From contig JBHGNT010000020.1 of assembly GCA_043228905.1 (NCBI GenBank), positions 3,162,001 to 3,226,000 on the forward strand: 64,000 bases of DNA, in the 5' to 3' direction. Of this stretch, positions 21,763 through 34,114 are shown one piece after another; within the stretch, counting starts at the first letter, position 1; every line of letters begins with the position of its first letter. The position numbers were made by a program, and so were the translations under genes. Origin of the DNA: Azolla caroliniana (lineage: Eukaryota; Plantae; Polypodiophyta). The notes under the pieces were generated by a model that saw nothing but the letters and a program-made list of their open reading frames with translations, did no database searches and was not told the origin of the DNA.

Positions 21763-24522
21763 CTATTCCAACACAACCATGTTGTGGACGCGTTTTTCCC
21801 CTAGTTTGAGGAGTTGGTAGAGTCGTTCCTCCTCCGACTTGGCTTCTGATAATCGGTTCCGTAACTGAATGCGCAAACTAGGTACCCGAAATTCGACTGG
21901 CATCACAGCCTCTAGTCCAAACGCTAGCCGGAACGGTGTTGACTGTATGCTTGTTTTGTAACTAGTTCTATACGCCCATAACGCACTCTGGAGTTTGGTA
22001 TCCCAGTCCGTCCTATTTTCATTGACGGTTTTCTTCAAAATGGTCTGTAATGTTTTGTTCGTGGATTCTGCTAATCCATTCGCTTGCGGGTAATATGGCG
22101 TGTTCTTCTTGTGGACTACTGCGTAATGCTGTGTTAGTTCCCAAACCACCGTATTGAGGAAGTGGCTCCCTTGGTCACTGATGAGCTCAATCGGACAGCC
22201 GAACCGGCACCAGATGTGCTCGTAAAGAAATTTGGCTGTGACGGCCGCCGTATTTTCACGTAGTGCCTTTGTTTCTACCCATTTGGTGCAGTAATCCGTG
22301 GCTACCAATATGTATTTGTTGCCCGTACGGGCCACTGCTGGTGTGAAGGGCCCTACAAAATCCAATCCCCACTTTTGGAAGGGGTCTAGCGGTAATATGG
22401 GCTGGTGTGGCATCCTTGCGTCCTCCGCGGGCTGACCCATCTGCTGGCACAAATCACACTTTCTACAATACTCGGATGCGTCCTTCTGCATTGTTGGCCA
22501 CCATAAGCCCGCCTGCCATACTTTGCGGGCTGTCACGTGGCCCGCGAAATGGCCGCCGGCCATGCCGTAGTGTGCCTCCCGTAAAACTGCTTCCTTCTCA
22601 TCCTGATGGACTCCACATCGCCAAATGCCATCACTTCCTTTGTGATATAAATTTCCTTCGACGAGGCAGAAGTGACGGCTTCGGACGGCTAGTCGTTTCT
22701 TCTCGTCCATGCGTAATTGTGGTGGAGGCAGTCCTGTAGTTAAGAAGTATGTCATTTCCATAAGCCATCGGTCCGGAAAGGTGGATTCCGTTTTTTCTAC
22801 AAGTGTCGCTACTCGCCAAATGTCGGCGTCCGGAAAATCGTCGTCGTATTTCTGTATTGTTTCTCCATTCTCAAGTCTGCTCAAACAATCCGCCACTGTG
22901 TGTTGCATCCCTGGTTGGTGCTGAATTACGAACTCGAATTCCTGGAGCAGCAGCATCCACCGCGCCAATTTTCCTGTCAGGGCTTGTTTCTCTACCAAAT
23001 ACAATAATGCCGAATGATCCACGTGGAACGTGAATTTCCGACCTAATAAATAGTGTCGGAATTTATTGATGCTATAGATCATCCCTAGCGCCTCCCGCTC
23101 TGTTGTGGAATAGTTACGGTCTGTTGCTGACAATTTACGACTTGCGTAGTATACTGGCTTGTACCAGTTTGGTTCGGTGAGTTGCATTAACGCGCTTCCT
23201 ATTGCTATGTCCGAGGCGTCGACGAACACGTGGAATGGCTTTGCCCAAACTGGAGGTTGTACGACGGGGGCCTGTGTGAGCATTATCTTAAGTGCCTCAT
23301 AGGCCTTATCCTCTATTGTAGTCCATTGGAAAGGAGTCCGATGTACGACAGCGTGTAGTGGCGTGGCGAAGTCTGCCAAATACCGTATCATCCGACTATG
23401 CCACCGTATTTGTCCCAAAAATCGGCTAAGTGATTTGGCATTTGTCGGAGTTTTAGCTTGCGTAATAGCGGAGATCTTGTTTGGGTTGACCGCTATTCCT
23501 TCTTTGTTGACAATGTGGCCTAGGAGAATCCCGCTGGTCACGCCGAAGGCACATTTCGCGGGATTCAGGCTTAAGCGTGCGGTGCGGCAACGTTCCAGGC
23601 ACAGACATAAGTGCGAAAAATGGTCTTTTGTTTGCCCATATACCGCAAAATCGTCTAAAAAGACTTGCATGAACACCGGAATGTATTCCCCAAAGATCTC
23701 CGTAATCGTTCTTTGAAATGTTGCCGGCGTTGTCTTTAGCCCGAACATCATGACGACCGCCACATATACTCCCCAGTCCGTGACAAACGTCGTCTTCTCC
23801 TGGTCCTTGGGGTGCATGTGTACTTGGTTATAGTCACTGAAGCCATCTAAGAAATTGTACATCTCATGGCCTGCAACGGCGTCCAGCACGCTATCGGTGA
23901 AGGGTAAGGGAAATGCGTCCGTAATGGTTATGGCGTTTAATTTTCGGTAATCTACACATACTCGTATTTTGCTGTTTTTCTTTGGGACAACCACTATCAG
24001 GCTTAGCCATGTCGCTTGTTTAACTGGCCGTATGAACCCTGCCCTCAGCAGCTTGTCAATTTCTTCTTTCACGCGGGTCACGTAATTGGTGTTCATGCGG
24101 TAGTGGCGCTGCTGGACAGGTTTCGCGTCAGTTGCTAAATTGATCTTATGCTGATAGAACTTGGGATCTAATCCCTTCATTTCCTCGTGAACCCAAGCGA
24201 ACACATCTTTATATTCCGTGAGTAGTGCGATCATTGTGATTCTCTGGTCAGACCTTAATTCCTTTGCGATGGAGAGGAACCGGGGCTCCGATTCCGTACC
24301 CACATTCACTTCGTCGAGAGCGGAAGCGGTGACTCGTCGTGAAATCTCCATTTCCCTTTCGAATGCCGCCCATGCTCTGCTGAGTTCCAATATGGACTCT
24401 GGGTTTGGTTCGTATGACTCTTCGTGCGAAGCAGTGGCCGTAGTATATTCTGTCGTAGTTGCGATGACATCTATTTCGAACGATGGAATAATCTGAGGAT
24501 GTTTGTCAAGGTACGCTTCCAA
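21763..24522 (-). CDS. Gypsy pol (RT-RNase H-integrase) of element B, 919-aa open frame
   Basis: RVCVDYRKLN, FPLPFTD, VFLDDF, VDASDIAIG, WGLDFVGPF, ISDQGSHF, YPQANGLAE. Confidence 0.93.
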   Translation of the reverse strand: MEAYLDKHPQIIPSFEIDVIATTTEYTTATASHEESYEPNPESILELSRAWAAFEREMEISRRVTASALDEVNVGTESEPRFLSIAKELRSDQRITMIALLTEYKDVFAWVHEEMKGLDPKFYQHKINLATDAKPVQQRHYRMNTNYVTRVKEEIDKLLRAGFIRPVKQATWLSLIVVVPKKNSKIRVCVDYRKLNAITITDAFPLPFTDSVLDAVAGHEMYNFLDGFSDYNQVHMHPKDQEKTTFVTDWGVYVAVVMMFGLKTTPATFQRTITEIFGEYIPVFMQVFLDDFAVYGQTKDHFSHLCLCLERCRTARLSLNPAKCAFGVTSGILLGHIVNKEGIAVNPNKISAITQAKTPTNAKSLSRFLGQIRWHSRMIRYLADFATPLHAVVHRTPFQWTTIEDKAYEALKIMLTQAPVVQPPVWAKPFHVFVDASDIAIGSALMQLTEPNWYKPVYYASRKLSATDRNYSTTEREALGMIYSINKFRHYLLGRKFTFHVDHSALLYLVEKQALTGKLARWMLLLQEFEFVIQHQPGMQHTVADCLSRLENGETIQKYDDDFPDADIWRVATLVEKTESTFPDRWLMEMTYFLTTGLPPPQLRMDEKKRLAVRSRHFCLVEGNLYHKGSDGIWRCGVHQDEKEAVLREAHYGMAGGHFAGHVTARKVWQAGLWWPTMQKDASEYCRKCDLCQQMGQPAEDARMPHQPILPLDPFQKWGLDFVGPFTPAVARTGNKYILVATDYCTKWVETKALRENTAAVTAKFLYEHIWCRFGCPIELISDQGSHFLNTVVWELTQHYAVVHKKNTPYYPQANGLAESTNKTLQTILKKTVNENRTDWDTKLQSALWAYRTSYKTSIQSTPFRLAFGLEAVMPVEFRVPSLRIQLRNRLSEAKSEEERLYQLLKLGEKRVHNMVVLE

Positions 24523-26419
24523 TTCGGCATCCTACACCCCAGCCAACATATTTATGTCTTCCGCATATAACAGTGTTATACCCTTAGGTTGTGGCGTGTT
24601 GCCTTCCGTAGGTACGCGAACCTTGGTGCGTCCATGCCGGAAACTTATACACTCGTGTTGCCAGCTTTGCTTGATATTTGTTGTCTGAAGCCATGGTCTG
24701 CCCAGAAGCACTGGGTACGCTCCTGGGGCGTCCAAAGTGAGGACGACCGCCGATATGTCGAAGTGGTGTTCGCCCACGATGATGCCTATTTTGCGAATTA
24801 ACCCCAACGGTCGCACTGAGTGGGTATCTGCCATGCGGAGCCAGAATGGACAGCCTCCCATTCGGAAATGCCTAATTGTTCGCAAGTTTTCGCACTAATC
24901 ACATTGACGCCTGAGCCGCCATCCATTACGCATCCAGGAACTTCCTGTCCGTGCAATATTATTGTAATAACCGGGTTGTGTTGATCCTCCACCGGTGGTC
25001 CATCGCTGACGTCTATCAGGTTTATGGCAACGCTCGACCGGGGCATGCCCGCCACCTATGCTTCCATGGTCTGGCGGAAACGTGGAACTAGCTGTAGCAG
25101 TTTTTCCATAGTTAACGTGATTTCACAGCCTGCTAACACCTGCCAAATGGGGTCCGGCCCCGGTCTTTCGTTCTCTGTTCGATCCATTGTGTTCGCGGAC
25201 TCCTCTCGCATACGTTCCGTATTGGTCGTGTTTGCTTTTTCCACCCAGGCTTGGGCTTGTCGTCGTACCTCGTCCTGCGCAACCCAATCTGTTGTTTTTG
25301 TTTGTTGGCGTGTTGTGACTTGTTGCACCTCCGCCGTAATCGTATTGACGGCGGGCCCCTTTCCCTTGCGTGTTGGGCATTGCGTGGCATAGTGTCTGGG
25401 TTGCTGACAAATAAAACAATGGATGCTTGATTCTCCCTTCTCAGCCCCAGGTGGTGCGTGCTGCTCTCCGGGCGCTACTTGTTCTTCACAGTCCGGCCTC
25501 GTTTGTCGGAATGTACGTGGTGGCTGCTGTTGGTCCCGTCGTTGTTCCTGGTGCCGCTCATCCCCCGAGCTTTCGTCGTAACGCCGGTGATCCCTATATT
25601 ACCGAGGCTTACCCCGATAGCCATTGAAGCCGCCCCGTTTGTTTGTCGGGTGTTGATGTTCGTATCGTCATCCCCCTTTGGCGTAACTCGGATGTCCACG
25701 ATAATCCTCATCCTCTGGTCGTCCTCCTCGGACTTGTTGTTATTCCGGCAATTCTGGTTGTACCGGTCCTCCCGCGGGTTGCGATCCTTATACTGGGGTT
25801 GGTCTTCTTGCCGCCTTTGTTCCGCCCGGTGTGGTTGACACTGTGTGTCCATGCTGCGGACCGCGGGAGTGGCTCTGTTTAACATATTGTACTCGCATTG
25901 GTCGACTGTGTGAACCTTCAAGTGGCAGATTGGGCAGTGGATTCGCATATTGCACTCCACCACGGAATGCCCCGAGTTCAAGCAAATCGTGCACTGGATT
26001 GCTTGACGAAATTGGCGTTCCTCATCCTGAGGTAACACTTGTCGTAAGGATGACATCGAAAACCTCTCCTCCTCGTCATCCAACTCGAGCTGTAATGCTC
26101 GTTCAATCACCATATCCGCCGTTTCCCCTTTCACGCTATTGTTGTTGAGCGTTGCCCGGATGGGCTGGCGTAACGCTGCCAGAAATGTATCCCGAGCCTC
26201 CTCCTCCGCGGGGCTTCGTTCTAGTTTCCGTCGTAAATTTTGGAAACGTAAGCTGAAGTCTGCTATTGTCTCGGTTAGTAGTTGCATAATTGTATATAAT
26301 TGTATAAAGTTGTTGGCCAGTTATCACTGTTCGACGATCACCGCCTCTCTTGTCGGTTCTGCCGCTGCTGATCGGTGGCTGCCTCTATCGCTACTGGCTG
26401 TGTTGTCCTATTCTGTTCT

Positions 26420-27065
26420 GTTCTTCTTTTGTCTCAGATTTATGTATCTTGAGTTTCTATGTCCTATCTCTGCTCTTTCTAGCATCAGATTCCATGAAGA
26501 AGTCAACGAGATCATCTAATTCATCCTCTTCATCATCATCAAAACTATGGAATGAATGAACCGCTCTAGCACCACCAGAAGAAACATGCACATTAGGCCC
26601 AACAAACTTTATGAACGGCAAAGCTCCAACACAAGATAGATGTGTCTTCAAAAGGCCATTTTGGTTGCTTTCTCTCTTGAATGTACTTATTAATACCTCT
26701 CTTTCATCATATTCTGATCTGAATTCATGTTTCCATAAATAATTATTCATGGTTCTCCTCCCAAATGTATGTTTTACTTCTTCATTCTCTGAATTGGATC
26801 TTCTCTTGGAGATTGACTCAAGATTCGACATATTCTTATTCAAGTTTCTATAATGATTTATCTCTCCTTTCTCGAGTTTAGGTTTTGTATGTTCAACTAA
26901 GTTTGATTAAAGCTTCCCTACAGAAGTAGTTGTTACAGAGGTGACCAACCTCCTTGTTGTAACTTGACTCTTCTTCGTAGTTATGATAGTAACACCATCT
27001 ACTTCTTCTCTCATTTTCTTTGCCAAATCCAGCGCCGAAGAAGCCATGGTCATGGATAAAGTCTC
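26420..27065 (-). pseudogene. 3' part of an unidentified ORF interrupted by the solo LTR
   Basis: In frame with 45794-46113 once 27066-45793 and one GTCTC are removed (SSARDEET|LSMTMASSALD); internal stops. Confidence 0.6.
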
Positions 27066-27262
27066 TGTTGGGAATACGAGACTGAATTCAAACACAATTA
27101 ACAAGTAGATGAAACCACAAGACGGAAAATGAGAGTACACCAAAGTTTTTTACGTGGATAACCCAAAATAGGGAAAAACCACGGGAACCATAGGTTCCGA
27201 ACAACTTTACTATGATCTGAATACAACAGAATACAACCTCACTAGAGGAGTGTATGTACGTA

Positions 27263-27531
27263 CCTCAAGGCAATGGCCTTGGTTACAATCTTTACCTAAT
27301 CGGGTGTATAGAATAACAAAGATTACAACTGAGTATAGTCCCTCTAGTTTGAACTAGAGGAAATGAACTAGCCTCAAGGCAACAACCTTGGTTACTATCT
27401 TCACCCAATTGGGTGGATAAAACAACAAAGATTACAATTGAGTATAATCTCTCTAGTTTTGAGCTAGAGGAAATGAACTAGCCTCAAGGCAACAACCTTG
27501 GCTACTATCTTCACCCTATTGGGTGGACAAG
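27263..27531. repeat. ~110-bp tandem repeat inside the solo LTR (continues 44924-45030)
   Basis: CCTCAAGGCAACAACCTTGG...CTAGAGGAAATGAACTAG units at ~27263, 27372, 27482 and 44984. Confidence 0.85.
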
Positions 27532-28004
27532 TGTTATGTACACATAACGTTGGTGAGGGTAGGTCACTAATATTTACATTAGTGAAGGGTATGTTCACTA
27601 ATGTTAAAATGGGGACTAATGATTGGATAGAAGGAATGATAAGTGCATGAATTATCATGATTTGGACAACCAATGAATGGAGAGCCTTTTAGAAAGGCAC
27701 ATCTATTCAAGGGGCCTAGGAAAAGGTATAAATATGAGGCTTAGCTACCCTCATCATGACATTACATCGGAAGGCTGATGTCTTAGACACCGGTGGTGCG
27801 GGCTAGGCTTTCGTCTCGACGATCGTGTTTATCTCTTCCAAGGTATTAATCATCCTAATATCCGGCGGTATGGGACGTCAGTGGTAGGTTGGCTATGTTT
27901 AGATCATAGCTCGGGGGTGGTCGGGTGGAACGGGTTCTTCTATCCATTCTATTTTCCTTCTTTTACTTTAGTTTGGTCTATTGATTAGTAATAAACTCTT
28001 AACA
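27532..28004 (+). repeat. 5' LTR of chromovirus
   Basis: TGTTATG...TTAACA; about 20 mismatches to 44446-44918 by eye (~4%). Confidence 0.96.
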
Positions 28005-29604
28005 GTGGTATCAGAGCATTTACTAACATTTTTTTTGGTTGTTTTGATGTTTTTTGCGTGTGAGTGATGGAGATCTAACAAGGCTTGTCATGCTCTTCCA
28101 GGATCAAAACAACATTCTTAACCTGGTATTCATCTTTCTGAATATCTCTTTTCTTTTCTATGATGCTTTCTTCTTGGTCATATGGAAGTGGTAGTACGTT
28201 TTCTTTTCATTTCTTTCTTCTTTCCACCATCATACGATGTTAATCTACTTATGCATCGGGTTGAGCGTATTTGCACTAATCGCACATGCTCAACTCATGG
28301 CCCTTTTGCATATTGCGATGTATCTCCCACTATCCATCTCTTGAGCCTTCTCTTACGATATTAATTATTGTTGTGCATTGGGTCAAGTGTGTTTGCCCTA
28401 ATCTCACACGCTCACCTCATGGCCCTTTTGCATATGATATTGAGTATGCCACTCTTCCCTTTATTGAGCCATCACTTGGTTGATTCTATGGGATGTTGTG
28501 GTCTTGATGAGGTGTATGTTGCCTACCTATGCCACTCTACTCTCTATTGAGCCATCACTTGGCCGATTCTATAGAGATGTGGTGGTCTTGAGGAGGTGCA
28601 TGTCGACTACCTTAGGGTTTCATACCTTAAGGCATGCTTAATTATTCATACACCTAATTGATTATTATTCTAATTCATTTCCAATTACATAAATTTTCGT
28701 TTCACTTTTGTATGATTTTCTAGTAATTGTCATTTCCCGCCCACAATTAACTCTCTTTCTTGCCCTTATTTTAAGTTCATCTACCCTATTTACACACGTT
28801 TAATGGTGTAACGATTCATGTAGACTATTTTTTAATATTGAGTGGGCATCATGCCATTTTCTGAACGATTTTTTTCAACGGCTCATCTAGGTTTAACTCA
28901 TATTATCGAACCTTAGAACTCGAGTAAAACCACATGAGTTCCCCTATTGATGTTTTACTCATAGATTTGAGTTCTACATCTTTGCGCACAACACCACCGC
29001 CACTTGTATCAATTTTTGGCATATGTCACAATTGTGCAAATTACAACCACCATATTGGGATGTATATGTGCATACCTCGCACCATCCATTTATCTGTGAC
29101 ATTTTTTTTAGTAGGTAACACATGGGATTTTTGACCCTTGTTTTTGTCACAGCTTGATTCTTATGGGTAGTGCCTTATTTTATCGTTTTTCTCATAACAT
29201 TTGCTTGTTACTCGCAAGACTAGAATATTACTTGCGAGTGCACTTGTTTTTTCACGTAATACACTTTCTCGACCATATCAATACATGTTGGGTTGGCATT
29301 CTAATATAAGGCTAACTAGGAAACTACGTTGATGTTAGAACCATAGTTGAGCCTCAGGGAGCCGCCATGATTATTCAAGATAGAGATCCGAGAAAGACAT
29401 CTTAGCTATGTTTTCCCCCATGGTTTTTAAAACACCATAGTGTTACCATAGTTATCGGATCTCGAATCACATCTCATATGTCTGGAGGGGTAATGACGTG
29501 AGATGCTTTCTTGGTAAAGTTCTTACAAACAAAATTTCAAGAATTCATTTTGCTTGTGTATTTTCTGAACCTCCTTATTTATATTGCATACCCACAACTT
29601 GCAT

Positions 29605-32600
29605 CATGGAACAAGTTTTGAACGTTGTTGGAGCAATCTCTCCGACCAAGCCCTCTCAACTCCAATCCGCATCTCGCACACAAGCTGAGATCACTATTGA
29701 CCAATTGCTCACTACTACCTTGAATCAATTGGCCGAAATGAGGCAAGCCAATATGGCATTGGAAAAGAAATTCCAAGAATTGACTATTGAGTCCAAGAAA
29801 GAAGGTGATCCTTCTTTCATAGTAACGCCATTCAAGGGAGATAAGAAAGAAAGAAACGAGGAGGCCATTAACACTTGTCTTGGTCGTTGGGAGTCTCACT
29901 TTGACCTCCATCCCAAGCCTGATGCTGTAAAAATTGGTTACGTCGGTCGTGAGTTAGAGAAATGGTTTGTTTCTTGCTTTTTGAATGGTATTCCTAATGG
30001 GGAGTACCATTGGATTGTCCATGACAAGGACCCCACAACTTTTGAGGAAGCCGTCAACATTGTACTTTGGTACCATAGGACTTCCAAGAAAGACCACAAT
30101 AAACTTGAGTTTGCCAAAACTCTGAGTGTCAAATTCATTGGGAAATGTAAGCAATCTAATGACACTCTTGACCACGACTCCAAGAAACCTAACCTCTTCT
30201 GTGCATATTGCAAGAAACGGGGCCACACAAAGGATACCTAGCGTCGTCTTGAGAGGAAGTCAATGAACACCCCTCCTCAAGAAAAATCTACGAGTGACAC
30301 AGGTGAGTCTTTTGATGTTGTTGAAGTTCATACCAACCACTTAAGTTCATGTGAATGCACTTTTCCTTCACATTTACTTGGACCTAATGATTTACTTGCA
30401 CATTTCTTGTTTGATTCCGGTAGTTCTCACAATTTTCTTAATGATCACTTTGTGCAACAAATGGAACTCCACATAAACGCAAGTGATCATATCTATCAAT
30501 TTCACATGGCAAATGGAAGTGTTCAATACATCAATGGCATTGTTTGTCAACTGCCAATTCAAATAGATACCTATTTGGAGAAGCTTGACTTTCATGTTAT
30601 GAAACTACAATCTACAGATGTCATTTTAGGATACCCTTGTGTCTTCTAAATCTTTAAGTCAGTATTCAAGTTCATTAATTTTTCGTGTGTAATTGATCCT
30701 GCACTTCAATTTTATTATTTTAATATTGACGCCACACCATTACCACATTATGAACAATGATTACTCAACTTTATTTTAGATGATTTTCAAGACGTTTTTC
30801 CTAATGAATTGCCGCTTACTTTACCACCGAAACGTAATGTGGACCATCAAATTGAACTCATCCCCGGTGCTGCTCCTATGAGCAGTCCAGCTTACCGACT
30901 TAGTCGATTAGAAGAGGATGAGATCACTAAACAACTTAAGGAATACTTGAGTATGGACCACATCAGGTATAGTAAATCAATCACCTTGGGGTGCACCAGT
31001 TCTATTAGTTAAGAAGAAGGAAGGTTCAGGGCGAATGTGTATCAATTATCGTCGTTTGAATAAAATGACAATTAAAAATGCATATTCGTTACCTCGTGCC
31101 GATGATTTGATTGATCGTTTGCATGGGGCCAAATATTTTACGAAAATTGACTTACGGACAGGTTATCATCAGATTCGCATTGCCGAGGATGATATTCATA
31201 AAACCGCTTTTCGTACGCGCTATGACCATTATGAGTTTTTAGTCATGCCTTTCGGGTTGACTAATGCTCTAGCCACATTCCAACAAGCAATGAATGACGT
31301 TTTCCGAGATCAACTCGGTGATTTTGTTGTCGTCTTCTTAGATGATATTTTGATATATAGCCGTACCTTGCAAGATCATGTTCAACATGTTCGATTTGTT
31401 TTGCAAAAGTTGCGTGACAACTCTTTCTATGCAAAACATTCAAAATGTGATTTTTTCCAAAAAGCTATTGTGTACCTAGGTCATTTAATTACGGAAAATG
31501 GTGTTGAAATTGAACCTTCTTGCATTGAAAAGGTTCAACTTTGGCCCATTCCTCGTAATATTCGTGAACTGCGATCATTCTTAGGGTTTGTTGGATTTTT
31601 ACGAAAATCAATTCGTAATTAATCCAAATTGACTACGCCATTAACTAACCTTTTAAAAGGTCATCCACGTAAGTCTGTCAAACCAACTTTATGGAATGAA
31701 CAACTTGACAAATAATTTGAGACACTTAAAGAGCATGTGTGTCAAGCTCCCACTCTTCTATTACCGGACCCTTCTAAGCCTTTTTCAATCGAAACCGATG
31801 CTAGTGATTATGCTATTGGTGCCATTCTTTATCAAGGAGGTCTCCCTATTGCTTTTGAATGTAAGAAGCTTGATGCTGCTCAATCTCGATATTCAGTTCA
31901 AGAGAAAGAGTTGTTTGCGGTAATACATGCACTTAAAACATGGAGGCACTATCTCTATGGAAATAAATTTGTGGTTACAACAGACCATCAATCATTGAAG
32001 TATTTTTGTGACCAGCCAGATCTTGTTGGTCGTAAAGGCCGTTAGCCTAACCTTATGCAAGATTTTGATTTTTCCATATGGTATCGCAAGGGTTCTATGA
32101 ATACTGTTGCGGATGCTCTTATTCGCATTAAAGAAGTTAACATGCTTAGGTTCACGGAAATAAAATTTGATCTTTTAGATCACCTTCGAGGGAAATACCT
32201 TGATGACAGTTATTTTTCGAAATACTAGACGAAAGCCGAATCTGATTTAGATGCTGATTCTAGCACCCTACCCTCGAACGCGACCTTTCACATTATAAAC
32301 GGTTTGCTCTACCGTAGTGGAAAGGTCTGTGTTCCAGATTTACAAAACGTAAAACAGAAAATTCTTCATGAATATCATGATGCACCATCTGCTCGTCATC
32401 CTGGAATACAACGCACACTCATTCTCATCTCGTGTACTATTTTCTGGCCTAAGATGCGCTTTGACGTGCATAAATACGTAATTCAATGCTTCCAATGTTA
32501 GATTAATAAGTCGGAACGACTTAAAGCAGCTGGTCTTTTACATCCCTTAGACATTCCCAACAACAAATGGGAAAGTATCTCGATGGATTTTATTATTAGT

Positions 32601-32755
32601 TTACCTCGTACACAGAGGGGTCATGATGCTATTTGGGTTGTCGTTGACAGACTAACAAAATTGGCTAGATTTATTCCTACGAAAACCAGGTAACCACTCA
32701 ACAATTGGCTTATCAATTTGTTGATGAGTTATTTCGTTTTTATGGATTACTGATG
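29605..32755 (+). pseudogene. Chromovirus gag-PR-RT-RH-INT (N-terminal part); gag looks internally deleted
   Basis: [60 protein letters not shown]. Confidence 0.92.
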
Positions 32756-33589
32756 CATGGGTCGAAGCATGCTACGGTGTACCAACTTTTGGCCAAAAAT
32801 TTAGTACTAAATCGAGGAAGAAAATAAACATTAAAAATTGAAAATAAAACAATTATCATCTATTGAATGGTGTTCAATTTCAAATAACAAATTCATTACA
32901 TCACACTCGAATGTACAAAGATAATATACGTCACACTTGAAATGTCCCAAGGCCGTATTTAATACATTAATTGTAACTTCATTCTCCTAGGTAGAGTTGT
33001 ATGAAAGCACACCTAGAGAAGGTTTGGAATGTGATAGTTGGTCAGTCTCTCTCTCTCTCTCTCTCTTCTGTCTCGAAGTTGTCAGACAGACAGAGGCAGA
33101 AAGTTAGAAAGACGACACATATCTATTACCTATCTCTCTCTTTCTCTCTCTCACTCCACCTTTGAATCTCTGTTTCTTTCTTTCTTTCTGTTTCTCTCTC
33201 TCACTCCACCTTCGATTCTCTGTTTCCCCGCGTAGTTGTTGTTGTGTTCCCCTCTGTGCCAGGTTCGATCTCTGTCTCTAATATGCAGAGATTTCTGTTT
33301 CCCCGGATTGATGTTCTTGTTGTTGATTTTCTTTCCTTGTGTATGCTCGTTTGTCTCCTCTGTTAATGCTCGTTTGTCTTCTCTGCAGCAGCCTCATCAA
33401 CAACCTCTTGCATATAGGTGATTTTGAAGGCTTGGTGTGCTCCGAAGGTGTGGTACCTCTGCCTTCGACCTTGGCTCCATCTGCCTCCAACTGGTATGTT
33501 ATCGTTTTCTCTTTGTTTCTTGTCCGTCTGTTTTTAATTTGTATGTGTATGGGCTTTTTTAGGTTTTGATTATTCATAGTCTATGTGTT

Positions 33590-34085
33590 GCATGCCCAAC
33601 TGGTATGTTTTCATTTTCTCTGTGTTTCCTGTCTGTTTTTTTTTAATTTGTATGTGTTTGACATGGATGAGTTTTCTTCCGACTGTTTAGGGCGGTTGTG
33701 TGTTTGACATGGTTTGTACATGCAACTTAGATGGAGTTGGCTATGATGAGTTGCTATGTTTTTGTTTTGTTGGTATGTTTTTGTTTTCTCTGTGTTTCAT
33801 GTTTGTTTGTTTTTAATTTGTATGTGTTAGAGATGGATGAGTTTTCTTCCTACTGTTTAGGGTGGTTGTGTGTTTGACATGGTTTGTACATGCAACTTAG
33901 ATGGAGTTGGCTATGATGAGTTGCTATGTTTTTGTTTTGTTGGTATGTTTTCGTTTTCTCTGTGTTTCATGTCTGTCTGTTTTTAATTTGTATGTGTTAG
34001 ACATGGATGAGTTTTCTTCCGACTATTTAGGGTTTTTGTGTGTTTGACATGGCTTGTACATGCAATGTGATGATTTGCTATGTGT
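33590..34085. repeat. ~180-bp TG-rich tandem repeat (about 2.5 copies) in a probable intron
   Basis: Repeated GGATGAGTTTTCTTCC...GTGTGTTTGACATGG...TACATGCAA. Confidence 0.85.
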
Positions 34086-34114
34086 TGATGGTAATTTGAT
34101 GAGTTTTATTCTAG

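Larger units (their letters stand above)
19115..26360 (-). mobile_element. Non-chromovirus Gypsy element B, no LTRs visible, fused to element A
   Basis: gag 25475-26287, VMDGGSG protease, 919-aa RT-RH-INT ORF, ORF2. Confidence 0.9.

Noticed and set aside
26420-27065. Plastid sigma factor or DUF761 assignment for the interrupted ORF
   Set aside because: Only vague compositional resemblance; no diagnostic motif
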